Source: Parcubacteria group bacterium (lineage in GTDB: Bacteria > Patescibacteriota > Minisyncoccia > Phycocordibacterales > CALRHW01). Taken from it: a stretch of DNA of 44,612 nt. Within the stretch, counting starts at the first letter, position 1. Each line of letters opens with the position of its first letter. The stretch covers positions 1 through 44,612 of the forward strand of contig JBCLGW010000003.1 in assembly GCA_039740835.1 (NCBI GenBank), in the 5' to 3' direction. This document shows positions 27,590 to 36,081 of the stretch, one piece after another. The translations under genes were made by a program, and so were the position numbers. The notes beneath the pieces are model-generated. The model was given only the letters and a program-made list of their open reading frames with translations, was not told the origin of the DNA and searched no databases.

Positions 27590-27703
27590 GAGATTTTTGT
27601 CCCATTCTATAGACTCGCGAGTCTGAAGCTCCACGGTGAGCGATGGTATTTTTATATTTGTCAGCCAACCATCGGCAGAGCCGGTAATGTGACAAAAAAG
27701 CTC
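27590..27703. other. Unassigned ~114-nt structured intergenic element
   Basis: Closing stem TTTTTGTC(C)CATT / AATG(T)GACAAAAA, inner stem CGATGGT/ACCATCG, perfect palindrome AGACTCGCGAGTCT (27611-27624). Confidence 0.5.
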
Positions 27704-27796
27704 AAAAAGTGTGGACTTTTTTAAAAGATATGATATGGTATTGCAAGTCCAAATCACACAGTCCTTTTCAAAACACCTTTCAAGGAGGAACACTAC

Positions 27797-28228
27797 ATGG
27801 TAAAGAATCTTTCGTGGTTCGTTTTCAAACCCCGAGATAAAGACGAGGTTAAGGTTGCAATCAGCGATCTAGATGATGTAACTCAAAAAATCCAAGAAAT
27901 TAGGAACCGGCTCAGAGAGAGGATCGCGAAATTTAGTTCAGAGGCAAATATTGATATAGAAGCATTTGAGACTTCGGCCAAAGCTTTGTTCGAAGGCATC
28001 TTTGAGTATGCAAAAGAAAATCGCTACGATCTTTTAGACGTCGGTGAGAAGTCTGTGAAATTCTCTACGGGCACTATTTCTTGGCGAAACACTCTCACCC
28101 ACGAAGAATTTGTCGTGAGACTCATCGACGGTATGGAGATAATCAAGGTAATCAAAAAGCTTGCCGTAAGAAAGCCAAAGCCAAAATCAAAGCTCAAGCC
28201 TAAAAAAAAGAAGAAAAAGAAAAAATGA
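27797..28228 (+). CDS. Mu Gam-like host-nuclease-inhibitor / DNA-end-binding protein with Lys-rich tail
   Basis: P.D.DEV...I start, long coiled coil, then EYAKENR.DL..G.KSVKFSTGTISWR, which aligns by eye to the Gam core (WCEANR..L..G.VKTANLVTGDVSWR). AAGGAGG SD at 27782-27788. Confidence 0.75.
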   Translation: MVKNLSWFVFKPRDKDEVKVAISDLDDVTQKIQEIRNRLRERIAKFSSEANIDIEAFETSAKALFEGIFEYAKENRYDLLDVGEKSVKFSTGTISWRNTLTHEEFVVRLIDGMEIIKVIKKLAVRKPKPKSKLKPKKKKKKKK

Positions 28229-28254
28229 TTCTTCCTCCAACAACCGCAAAACCC

Positions 28255-28289
28255 CCACCGAGCATATATGTGCTCGGTGGTTTTGTTTT
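28255..28289 (+). terminator. Intrinsic terminator of the gam-like gene
   Basis: CCACCGAGCA-TATATG-TGCTCGGTGG followed by TTTTGTTTT. Confidence 0.85.
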
Positions 28290-28385
28290 GAGTTTATATA
28301 TTTACCAAAAATTCAGGCCCAGTCACACAAAGGAAGAGACATCTAATCCGTATATTTTATTGATTTTTGTTAGGAGTTCTTCCAT

Positions 28386-28949
28386 CTAAACTAATCCGTC
28401 TCTGTCCACAGACATCAAGTCCTCCACATTATCAATCTTTCCACTCAACACCAAATCATAAATTTCCTGTCCAGTAATATTCAATTTATTATCTTTTCTA
28501 AACTGCTTGCAATTTAAAATGAGTAGTCTTTGGTCTTCTGATATCTGAGAAAGATCTGAGTTGTCTTTTCTGCCATCATATTCTTTCGAACTTAAAAACC
28601 ACAAATCAAACTTCCACCTCTCGCCATTCAATTTTTCTTTCAAACCAATATAACAACCATTGGGAAATTCGGCGCCCTTTCTTGGGTCATCCCAATCTCC
28701 ACCAATAAAATAGCTTCTGAATTTTCTCTTCAAGTACAGTTCCTTAAATATCTCGAAAACCTCGTCGGTTGAAAACGTCTCTTTTCTGACAATACTGATA
28801 TCTATATCACCATGCATCATGAGACCGTATGAATAGGCGCCGGTAAAATGCACCTGTCCAAATTTTGAAAGGTCTATTACTAGCTCCTTTTCGGCGAGCA
28901 GACCATCCGCTTTCTTTTGCCATTCTTTACTTTTTGTAATTAAATCCAC
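28386..28949 (-). CDS. Pol-beta-superfamily nucleotidyltransferase-like protein
   Basis: hTGAY..GLM...DIDI motif (GS-like plus DxD) and a third acidic residue in WKFDLW; GTG start. Confidence 0.65.
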   Translation of the reverse strand: MDLITKSKEWQKKADGLLAEKELVIDLSKFGQVHFTGAYSYGLMMHGDIDISIVRKETFSTDEVFEIFKELYLKRKFRSYFIGGDWDDPRKGAEFPNGCYIGLKEKLNGERWKFDLWFLSSKEYDGRKDNSDLSQISEDQRLLILNCKQFRKDNKLNITGQEIYDLVLSGKIDNVEDLMSVDRDGLV

Positions 28950-28978
28950 AGTTATTTATTTTTAACTATATCTTATTT

Positions 28979-29368
28979 CTAAGATTTAAACTCAACTTCA
29001 AATGGATACATTCCCATCCCGCATGTTCCTTGAAGAGTAGCTACCTTTTGTGTACCTATATCAATATCTGTTGACCCTGTCTGTGGAAGCATCTTGCTTA
29101 TATTCATACTAGGAATTCGGACAGAAGACGAACAGTCAAATGTTCCACTAGTATTAAATCTAATGACGGTTGGGATGCCAGCTTTTGCGATACTTTCTCT
29201 CGGTTGATATCCACCCTTAGCATTGATTGTAATAATCTGTGTGCCATCAACAATGGCGACATTTTCTATAGAGCCCTGAGCGGCAGTTTGAGAATTTCCT
29301 TTTGTTAACATAAAAGCGCCTCCTATGAGGACAACTGCTACAATAATTGATACGACAGTTGATTGCAT
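28979..29368 (-). CDS. Membrane-anchored cupredoxin-domain copper chaperone (CupA-like)
   Basis: N-terminal TM, GGYQP, TFDC, CGMGMY; lies in the copA cluster. Confidence 0.8.
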   Translation of the reverse strand: MQSTVVSIIVAVVLIGGAFMLTKGNSQTAAQGSIENVAIVDGTQIITINAKGGYQPRESIAKAGIPTVIRFNTSGTFDCSSSVRIPSMNISKMLPQTGSTDIDIGTQKVATLQGTCGMGMYPFEVEFKS

Positions 29369-29406
29369 AAATATTATTATACTACCCAGTAGGTGATTTT
29401 ACTAAA

Positions 29407-30459
29407 TCAAAAATTAAAGATCGGTGATATAACTCCAATGACCACCAAGCTATTGATAAGATTAAACAAAGCAAACAATATCACTATAAGTCCTGCGGTC
29501 TTAAAGAATATTCCAGCCTTTGAACTGTTTTGTATACTAAATGAACTAAAACTAATCAATGCCAAAACTGGTAATGTACCTAGTGCGAACGCCAACATTG
29601 TGAGCCCTCCCTTTAGAAAACTTCCTGTGGTAAGAGTATAAAGTTGCATTGACTGAGTAAATCCGCACGGCAGAAAAAAAGTTGCAACACCCACAAGAGC
29701 GGGCGTGAGTGTGTGGTTAAACTTTGTCAGTATTTTGATTTTGCCGTGTGCATGTTTTGCTATAAACTTTGGCATAGACGGCTGAAGTTTCTTTGTCCAA
29801 GAAAATACATCAAGCAAATTAATTCCAAGAATAAGCATAACGATACCGATAACTACGCTCAGTGTGAATGTTGCTGTGGTGTTTAGAGTAAACGCTGAAC
29901 CCAGTGCCCCGATCACTCCTCCAAGTATGAAAAATGAAATGATTCGTCCACCATGGAACATCAGCTGAGGTTTTATTTTATCTCGCTGATTATTTTTTTG
30001 GTTTGCAAATGTGGCTGACATTGAAAGAACTAGACCACCCACCACCGCCATACAAGTTGAAAGCGAGGCAATAATTCCAATCACAAACGTTGTGCCGTAG
30101 GTAACGTTACTAGTATTTACTAAATTCACTATTCCCATTTTTTGCAAGAAAACAAATAGGAATCCAAAACCTAGTGCAATCGGCACTGCTATTTTGAAAT
30201 CAGACCAATTTATATTCTTGGATAATTTTTCTGTTGATAAAGTATAGCCATTATCTTCTATAGACACGGAGAGTATTCTGGCTATTTCCACATCATTTTT
30301 ATTATCAAAATCACCCACGATTTCAATTGAATTTTTACTTAAAGAAACTTTTGCATGAACAACTCCAGGATAATTGTTAAGTTCACTTTCAATAATCAAA
30401 ACACATGCATTGCAATGCATGCCAGAAACATGAAAGTTGTATGTTTGTTTATTATTCAT
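29407..30459 (-). CDS. HMA domain fused to DsbD_2/TauE-like membrane domain
   Basis: GMHCNAC metal-binding loop, STCMAVVGG, GRI.SF, LPCGFTQ, FALGT.P. Confidence 0.85.
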   Translation of the reverse strand: MNNKQTYNFHVSGMHCNACVLIIESELNNYPGVVHAKVSLSKNSIEIVGDFDNKNDVEIARILSVSIEDNGYTLSTEKLSKNINWSDFKIAVPIALGFGFLFVFLQKMGIVNLVNTSNVTYGTTFVIGIIASLSTCMAVVGGLVLSMSATFANQKNNQRDKIKPQLMFHGGRIISFFILGGVIGALGSAFTLNTTATFTLSVVIGIVMLILGINLLDVFSWTKKLQPSMPKFIAKHAHGKIKILTKFNHTLTPALVGVATFFLPCGFTQSMQLYTLTTGSFLKGGLTMLAFALGTLPVLALISFSSFSIQNSSKAGIFFKTAGLIVILFALFNLINSLVVIGVISPIFNF

Positions 30460-30585
30460 ATCTTAATTCTATTTTATCACCGTGTTTCATCTCATAATTT
30501 TTTTATTTTAATTTTTAACTTTTTTTGAATTATAACCTAATTTCTGAATAAGTTGCTCCAGAAAACTGAAGCAACTTATCATAAA

Positions 30586-30807
30586 TTAAATTATTTCTCC
30601 TTTTTCTTCCAACTTCATATGATGCATTGTTGCAAGTTGCATCCAGATAGCAATCAAGACAAGTATAGTTGCATCAGTAAAAAGGTGTGCTGACGTAAAT
30701 CCAAACGCTGTGCCATTTTCTCCAGCACTCCACGCGCCTAAGAGAGCAATAACGCCAACCCATCCTGCAATAGCACCTAGAATGTGAAATATTTTTGATA
30801 ATTTCAT
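30586..30807 (-). CDS. Small two-TM membrane protein
   Basis: 73 aa with two hydrophobic segments and a MHHM tail; between copA and the HMA-DsbD_2 gene, same strand. Confidence 0.65.
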   Translation of the reverse strand: MKLSKIFHILGAIAGWVGVIALLGAWSAGENGTAFGFTSAHLFTDATILVLIAIWMQLATMHHMKLEEKGEII

Positions 30808-30849
30808 ATAATTTTTTCTAACTTTATTAACTAATAATAATCGACCATT

Positions 30850-33147
30850 TTATAATTTCTTAGATTTAATTCGCAGTGAGTTTGACACGACTGACACGCT
30901 TGATCCTGCCATTGCAAAACCAGCAAAAACAGGACTGAGGAGCCAGCCGAAAATTGGGTAAAATACTCCAGCCGCAAGCGGGATACCGACAATGTTGTAA
31001 ATAAATGCCCAAAAAAGATTTTGTTTTATTCCTCGCATAGTCATTTTCGACAATTTAATTGCCTTCACTAATTTTGAAATATCACCGTGAAGCAAAGTAA
31101 TGCCAGCCGACTCTATCGCTACATCTGTTCCTGTACCTATAGCAATTCCTACGTCGGCTTGCGCAAGTGCCGGAGCGTCATTTACACCATCGCCCACCAT
31201 GGCCACGATTTTACCTTGTGATTGTAATTCTTTTATTTTCAGCAACTTATCTTCTGGCATAGCTTCGGCTACAACCCCATCAATTCCAATCTGTTTAGCA
31301 ATATAATTTGCTGTATTTTTATCATCCCCTGTTAGCATTATTACTTTTATCCCCATTTTGTGTAAGTTAGATACAGCCTCAACTGCTTCTGGTTTCACGC
31401 TATCAGCAATCATGGCAATACCGAGCACTTCATTTTTTGTAAAAATAATAACAGGAGTCTTTCCTTCCATCGTATCTTTTTCAATTAAACCAACATCAAA
31501 CTTTACCCCAAAATCATTTACAAGTTTTGTATTACCCACAAAATATTCAACCCCAGATATTGTTGCTCGAAGACCTTTACCTTTTATTGCCTGAAAACCA
31601 AATTCCAATTCTACTAAATCAAGTTTTTTATTTTTTGCATGAGAAACTACGGCGTGAGCAATAGGGTGTTCTGATTTATTTTCAATTGAGGCCAATATGG
31701 CAATAAGTTCGTCATCCGTTTTTTTACTAAAGTTTTGAATTGATACAAGAGACGGCTTGCCAACCGTCAAAGTTCCTGTCTTGTCAATCACTATGACATT
31801 TACTTTATGGAGCTTCTCTAGTGTCGCTGCGTCTTTGATGAGTATTCCTTCTCTCGCGCCTTTGCCGACACCAACAATAATCGCAGTGGGAGTAGCAAGT
31901 CCAAGTGCGCACGGACAAGCAATGACTAAAATTCCCACAAATGAAACGAGACCAAAAGATAAAGCTTGTGAAAAACCAAGGTATTGTGTGCCAACAAGTA
32001 GCCAAACTCCCAACGTCACGAAAGACAAAACTAATACAACGGGCACGAAAATAGAGGAGATTTTATCAGCCAATGCCTGTATCGGTGCCTTACTACCCTG
32101 AGCGTTTTCAACCATTTTAATAATCTGGGCAAGTAAAGTTTCTGAGCCAACCTTAGTTGCTTTGAAATTAAATGTTCCTGTTGTATTTACGGTTCCAGAT
32201 GAAACAGCATCACCAATATTTTTTCCTACTGGCATCGGCTCACCAGTTATCATAGATTCATCTATATAAGCTGAACCCTCTATTACAATTCCATCAACTG
32301 GAATTTTACCACCAGGTTTTATAATTATTAAATCACCATGTACAACTTGCTCAATAGAGACTTCTACTTCTAGACCGTCACGAATAACGAGAGCGGTTTT
32401 TGCTTGCAGATTTAAAAGCTTTTCTATGGCGTCTCCAGTTTTTATTTTTGACCTTGCTTCAAGATATTTTCCAAGAGCGACAAAAGTAATGACAATAATA
32501 GTCACATCATAATATGTATTTTCAACATTTATAAAAGGTTTAAGTACATCCTCAAAAGCAGAAACTGCAAAACTATATACAAAAGCAGCGACCGTACCAA
32601 TACCGATAAGCGTATCCATATTTGCCTTGCCATATCGTAAAAAACGATAGAAACCAAGAAGGTACGGCTTACCTACGACAAACAATATATAAGTTGCAAA
32701 AATAGGAAGGAGGTGATGAAAAAATTCTTTTATTGTATGACTCATCATAGGCACCCAACTATACTGAGCAAAAATATCCCAACTCATAACAAAAATACTA
32801 AAAATTGCCAGAGGTATAGCTGATATAACAAGCGTTCGCTGACTAGCCACCTCAGCGAGCTTTTCTTTTTTTGACTGATTCAACCCCAAATGTCCTGCGT
32901 GTTCGTCTGCAGACATTCCCATACTTTCGGCTGTAGGTAATTCTAGTGAATATCCAAGTTTTTCTATTTTCTCGGAAAGATTTTGTGGATTGGTTTTTGA
33001 TTCATCAAAAGAAACCTTTGCTGTTTCAGTTCCATAATTTACTTCTACAGACAAAACTCCATCCATTTTTTTAAAAGTCTTTTCGATAATCCCCGCGCAA
33101 GAAGCACAGTGCATTCCTTTTATTTTGTATGTCTTTGTATTATTCAT
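30850..33147 (-). CDS. copA: Cu(I)-translocating P1B-type ATPase
   Basis: GMHCASC, TGE, CPC, DKTGT, SEHP, MLTGD, GDGVND, YN and MxxSS Cu(I) ligands. Confidence 0.95.
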   Translation of the reverse strand: MNNTKTYKIKGMHCASCAGIIEKTFKKMDGVLSVEVNYGTETAKVSFDESKTNPQNLSEKIEKLGYSLELPTAESMGMSADEHAGHLGLNQSKKEKLAEVASQRTLVISAIPLAIFSIFVMSWDIFAQYSWVPMMSHTIKEFFHHLLPIFATYILFVVGKPYLLGFYRFLRYGKANMDTLIGIGTVAAFVYSFAVSAFEDVLKPFINVENTYYDVTIIVITFVALGKYLEARSKIKTGDAIEKLLNLQAKTALVIRDGLEVEVSIEQVVHGDLIIIKPGGKIPVDGIVIEGSAYIDESMITGEPMPVGKNIGDAVSSGTVNTTGTFNFKATKVGSETLLAQIIKMVENAQGSKAPIQALADKISSIFVPVVLVLSFVTLGVWLLVGTQYLGFSQALSFGLVSFVGILVIACPCALGLATPTAIIVGVGKGAREGILIKDAATLEKLHKVNVIVIDKTGTLTVGKPSLVSIQNFSKKTDDELIAILASIENKSEHPIAHAVVSHAKNKKLDLVELEFGFQAIKGKGLRATISGVEYFVGNTKLVNDFGVKFDVGLIEKDTMEGKTPVIIFTKNEVLGIAMIADSVKPEAVEAVSNLHKMGIKVIMLTGDDKNTANYIAKQIGIDGVVAEAMPEDKLLKIKELQSQGKIVAMVGDGVNDAPALAQADVGIAIGTGTDVAIESAGITLLHGDISKLVKAIKLSKMTMRGIKQNLFWAFIYNIVGIPLAAGVFYPIFGWLLSPVFAGFAMAGSSVSVVSNSLRIKSKKL

Positions 33148-33177
33148 AAATATTATTTTCTTTTAAGTCTATAATAT

Positions 33178-33206
33178 ACTGTACATCCACCACGGGGTAT
33201 CGTCAA
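33178..33206 (-). promoter_or_regulatory. copA promoter with CsoR-type operator-like spacer
   Basis: Minus strand TTGACG-N17-TACAGT; the spacer ATACCCCGTGGTGGATG resembles CsoR/RcnR C-tract/G-tract operators. Confidence 0.55.
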
Positions 33207-33315
33207 TAAACATAAAACCCACACGGAATGTTCTATATTTTAAATAATGTTATACTGTGGATTGTGAAAAGTGAGTTCGATTATTATTTCTTAGCTAAAA
33301 TTAACTAAATCACAT

Positions 33316-34080
33316 ATGCACGAAAATGAAACAAAGCCACATGAGACTTCACCTATAGAGCAAGCCAACAAACTAACTATCCCAGGCGCCATCGTCATTG
33401 CTGGTGTGCTTATTGCAGGTGCGTTATATTTCGGCTCATCAGCAAAAAGTGTCGCCACTGCCGGAATAAATAATCAGCCCAAGCAAGACGTAGAGCAACC
33501 GACAGAAAATCTTGACCAGATGAAAGCAATCTCAAAAGACGACCACATTCGGGGCAACCCAGACGCTCCGGTCAAAATTGTTGAATACTCTGATACTGAG
33601 TGTCCGTTTTGTAAACGCTTTCACGACATTATGAAGCAGGTCATGAATGAATACGGCAAAGACGGTAAGGTTGCATGGGTCTATCGTCATTTTCCACTTG
33701 AACAATTACATCCAGTAAAAGCGCGCAATGAAGCAATAGCATTTGAATGTGCCGGCGAACTCGGTGGCAATGACAAATTTTGGGAGTATGCAGATCGACT
33801 CTATGAAATAACCCCATCAAACAATGGCCTTGACCAAGCAGAGCTTCCAAAGATTGCAAAGTATGTTGGTCTTGATGTTGCCAAGTTCAACGCATGTCTT
33901 ACTAGCGGAAAATACGACAAACATATTGAGGAGGATACGCAAAACGCAATGGCAACTGGCGGAAATGGTACGCCGTGGAGCATTGTCGTAGGAAAAGACG
34001 GCAAAAAGTATCCACTATCTGGAGCACAACCATACGCATCAATAAAACAATTAATTGACCTCGCATTACAAGGAAAATAA
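33316..34080 (+). CDS. DsbA/BdbD-family thioredoxin-fold protein, membrane anchored
   Basis: H.RG..DAPVKIVEYSD.ECPFC, YRHFPL, GTP, GAQP. Confidence 0.92.
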   Translation: MHENETKPHETSPIEQANKLTIPGAIVIAGVLIAGALYFGSSAKSVATAGINNQPKQDVEQPTENLDQMKAISKDDHIRGNPDAPVKIVEYSDTECPFCKRFHDIMKQVMNEYGKDGKVAWVYRHFPLEQLHPVKARNEAIAFECAGELGGNDKFWEYADRLYEITPSNNGLDQAELPKIAKYVGLDVAKFNACLTSGKYDKHIEEDTQNAMATGGNGTPWSIVVGKDGKKYPLSGAQPYASIKQLIDLALQGK

Positions 34081-34082
34081 GT

Positions 34083-34625
34083 ATGTTGTTTCAAGCTTTA
34101 CAAAAAGTATTCAGAAAACCAAAATACATACTTCTCGCATTTATAACAAGCGTAGTGATATTTGTATTCGCTACATGGCTTCCAAACATTCGCTTGATTG
34201 CGACCATCATCGGTTCATCTGACGCATCTTTTTCTCAAAAGCTTGGAATACCTATCAGTCTCTTGGGTTCTATTACCACAAACTTCACCGTGCTTTCTGC
34301 ATCATACACAGTTGCCATAGCAATACTCTTTGGAATAAATATCGCTATGCTGGTCTACTTTATGAAAAGAAAAATTAGTGAAGTAAAACAAAGCGGAACA
34401 GTGACAGGGTTTGCTGGGATAGCAAGTGGTATACTTGGCATAGGATGCGCGGCATGCGGGTCGTTTCTTTTGACGAGTGGTCTGACATTTGTCGGTGTGT
34501 CTGGTATTCTTGTATTTCTACCACTTGCCGGCAGTGAGTTTGGTATTCTCGGAGTGATACTGCTCTTGATTTCCATATATCTCACCGCCAAGCAAATTGA
34601 GAATCCCGCTGTTTGTAAAACTTAA
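34083..34625 (+). CDS. Hypothetical ~4-TM membrane protein with CAAC motif and C-terminal Cys
   Basis: GIGCAACGS in a hydrophobic segment, ends PAVCKT; 2 nt downstream of the dsbA stop. Confidence 0.75.
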   Translation: MLFQALQKVFRKPKYILLAFITSVVIFVFATWLPNIRLIATIIGSSDASFSQKLGIPISLLGSITTNFTVLSASYTVAIAILFGINIAMLVYFMKRKISEVKQSGTVTGFAGIASGILGIGCAACGSFLLTSGLTFVGVSGILVFLPLAGSEFGILGVILLLISIYLTAKQIENPAVCKT

Positions 34626-34649
34626 TTATCAAAATAATAAAAACAAATT

Positions 34650-35075
34650 ATGAAAAATATATCAACTAAATGGTGGCTCATTGGCATTGCGGTTTTGATG
34701 GTTGGTTTGTTTATATGGTCAAAGTCCATAGAAAGTAACGACCCCAATATTATCTCTCGCACTGGTTTCCATTGGCATCCTGAGCTTGAAATCTACGTCA
34801 AAGGAGTGAAGCAGGAAATGCCATCAAGTCTAGGTGCCAGCGGATCGTATATGTCTCCCATTCATACGCATGAAGCCAACGGTGTTATTCATCTTGAATT
34901 TTCTGGATTAGTACGCAAAAATGATATCATGCTCGGCCAATTCTTTAAGAAATGGGGCAAGGACATCAATTCATTTGGCACAAATGTAAAGATGACCGTC
35001 AACGGACAAGAAAACACCGAGTTAGAAAATTACCAAATGCAGGATAAAGATAAGATAGAATTGAGGTTTGAATAA
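34650..35075 (+). CDS. Exported His-motif protein
   Basis: N-terminal TM; HWH, PIHTHE, GVIHLE, LGQFF..W. Confidence 0.75.
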   Translation: MKNISTKWWLIGIAVLMVGLFIWSKSIESNDPNIISRTGFHWHPELEIYVKGVKQEMPSSLGASGSYMSPIHTHEANGVIHLEFSGLVRKNDIMLGQFFKKWGKDINSFGTNVKMTVNGQENTELENYQMQDKDKIELRFE

Positions 35076-35156
35076 GAAGTCTTCTTTCTCTCGGAAACCC
35101 CCGTCGCGTCACGAGGCATAGCTCCGAATTTTAGCGAAACAACGAATTCCGAAACT

Positions 35157-35230
35157 TGGCTGCCGATCAGGGACTCGAACCCCAATTAACCGCTCCAGAG
35201 GCGGTCGTCCTACCATTAGACGAATCGGCA
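35157..35230 (-). tRNA. tRNA-Gln(CTG)
   Basis: TGCCGAT/ATCGGCA acceptor stem (U1-A72), anticodon arm ACCGC-CTCTGGA-GCGGT, GGTTCGAGTCC, G73 and CCA. Confidence 0.96.
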
Positions 35231-35378
35231 ATATTCATCACGATACTGGAAAAAGCCCTTTTATTCAACCATTTACATAATCTATTTTTTAATATATATT
35301 TTGACACGGAACAAAAAGACTGAAAACTTCAGCACATCAAAAACTTCAACACAAACACAAAGAAAGGAGTATCCTGAC

Positions 35379-35984
35379 ATGCTTTTAAAAATTGGACGCA
35401 TAATTGCGGTTGGGATGCTCGACGTTTCTGTTGGAATCATCGCTACCATACTACTAGCAGACGGAATGGGAATTCCGCTCAAGTGGTGGTATGTTGTCAT
35501 CGGCGCGACTCTCAGCATCATCATCGACATCAGCATCATCAAAAAGAGCTTACACTACCCCAGCACCATACTTTTGGTGATAGTGCCGAGCGCGTACTTC
35601 GTCGGGTTTATGACAATGTGGTGGCTTGGGATTGATCGGCTGTCAGAGCACTTTCGTCACCTCACCTACTTTGTACTGCTCGCCGAAATCTGCCTCTTTG
35701 CACATTTTGTGCACGACAGCTTTGGTGTCGGCTGGGGTGTAAAATGGCTCTACCCTCTGTCGCAAAAAAGTTTCAAACTATTTTGCACAAAGGAAAACGA
35801 GTACGAGGGCGACCGCGTACTCATTTGGTGGACAGAAGAGGAGCTCAAAGTAGCGATCAAAAAGTATGGCGACCCAGACTGGATGTCAAAATACTGCATG
35901 AGTCCTCTATTTATTATCGACATTTTGTTCTGTTGTGGCGCAATAGCCATGATTGTATTGCGGTTCTTTATTTTTCGGCTATAA
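35379..35984 (+). CDS. Putative membrane metal-dependent hydrolase (YdjM-like)
   Basis: AAGGAG SD before ATG at 35379 (start moved from 35301); G...S...DI, H, HFVHDS, G.KWLYP pattern with TM segments. Confidence 0.65.
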   Translation: MLLKIGRIIAVGMLDVSVGIIATILLADGMGIPLKWWYVVIGATLSIIIDISIIKKSLHYPSTILLVIVPSAYFVGFMTMWWLGIDRLSEHFRHLTYFVLLAEICLFAHFVHDSFGVGWGVKWLYPLSQKSFKLFCTKENEYEGDRVLIWWTEEELKVAIKKYGDPDWMSKYCMSPLFIIDILFCCGAIAMIVLRFFIFRL

Positions 35985-36002
35985 AAAGGGCTTTTCTTGC
36001 CT

Positions 36003-36042
36003 GCGACCACACATTCACGAGATGTGTGGTCGCTTTCTTTTT
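36003..36042 (+). terminator. Intrinsic terminator
   Basis: GCGACCACACAT-N7-ATGTGTGGTCGC followed by TTTCTTTTT. Confidence 0.88.
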
Positions 36043-36081
36043 GTATTTTCATAACCCAAAAAGTCTGGTATAATACCGAGC

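Noticed and set aside
27625-27670. Minus-strand GGCTGA...AAATACC...TCACC resembling a TPP riboswitch
   Set aside because: Lacks CTGAGA, the CCTGA..TAA..C loop and GCG.AGG; no thiamine gene nearby.
27551-27793. 80-aa minus-strand ORF covering the structured element
   Set aside because: TTG start overlapping the gam-like SD and promoter, no recognisable motif; the nested pairing explains the sequence better.
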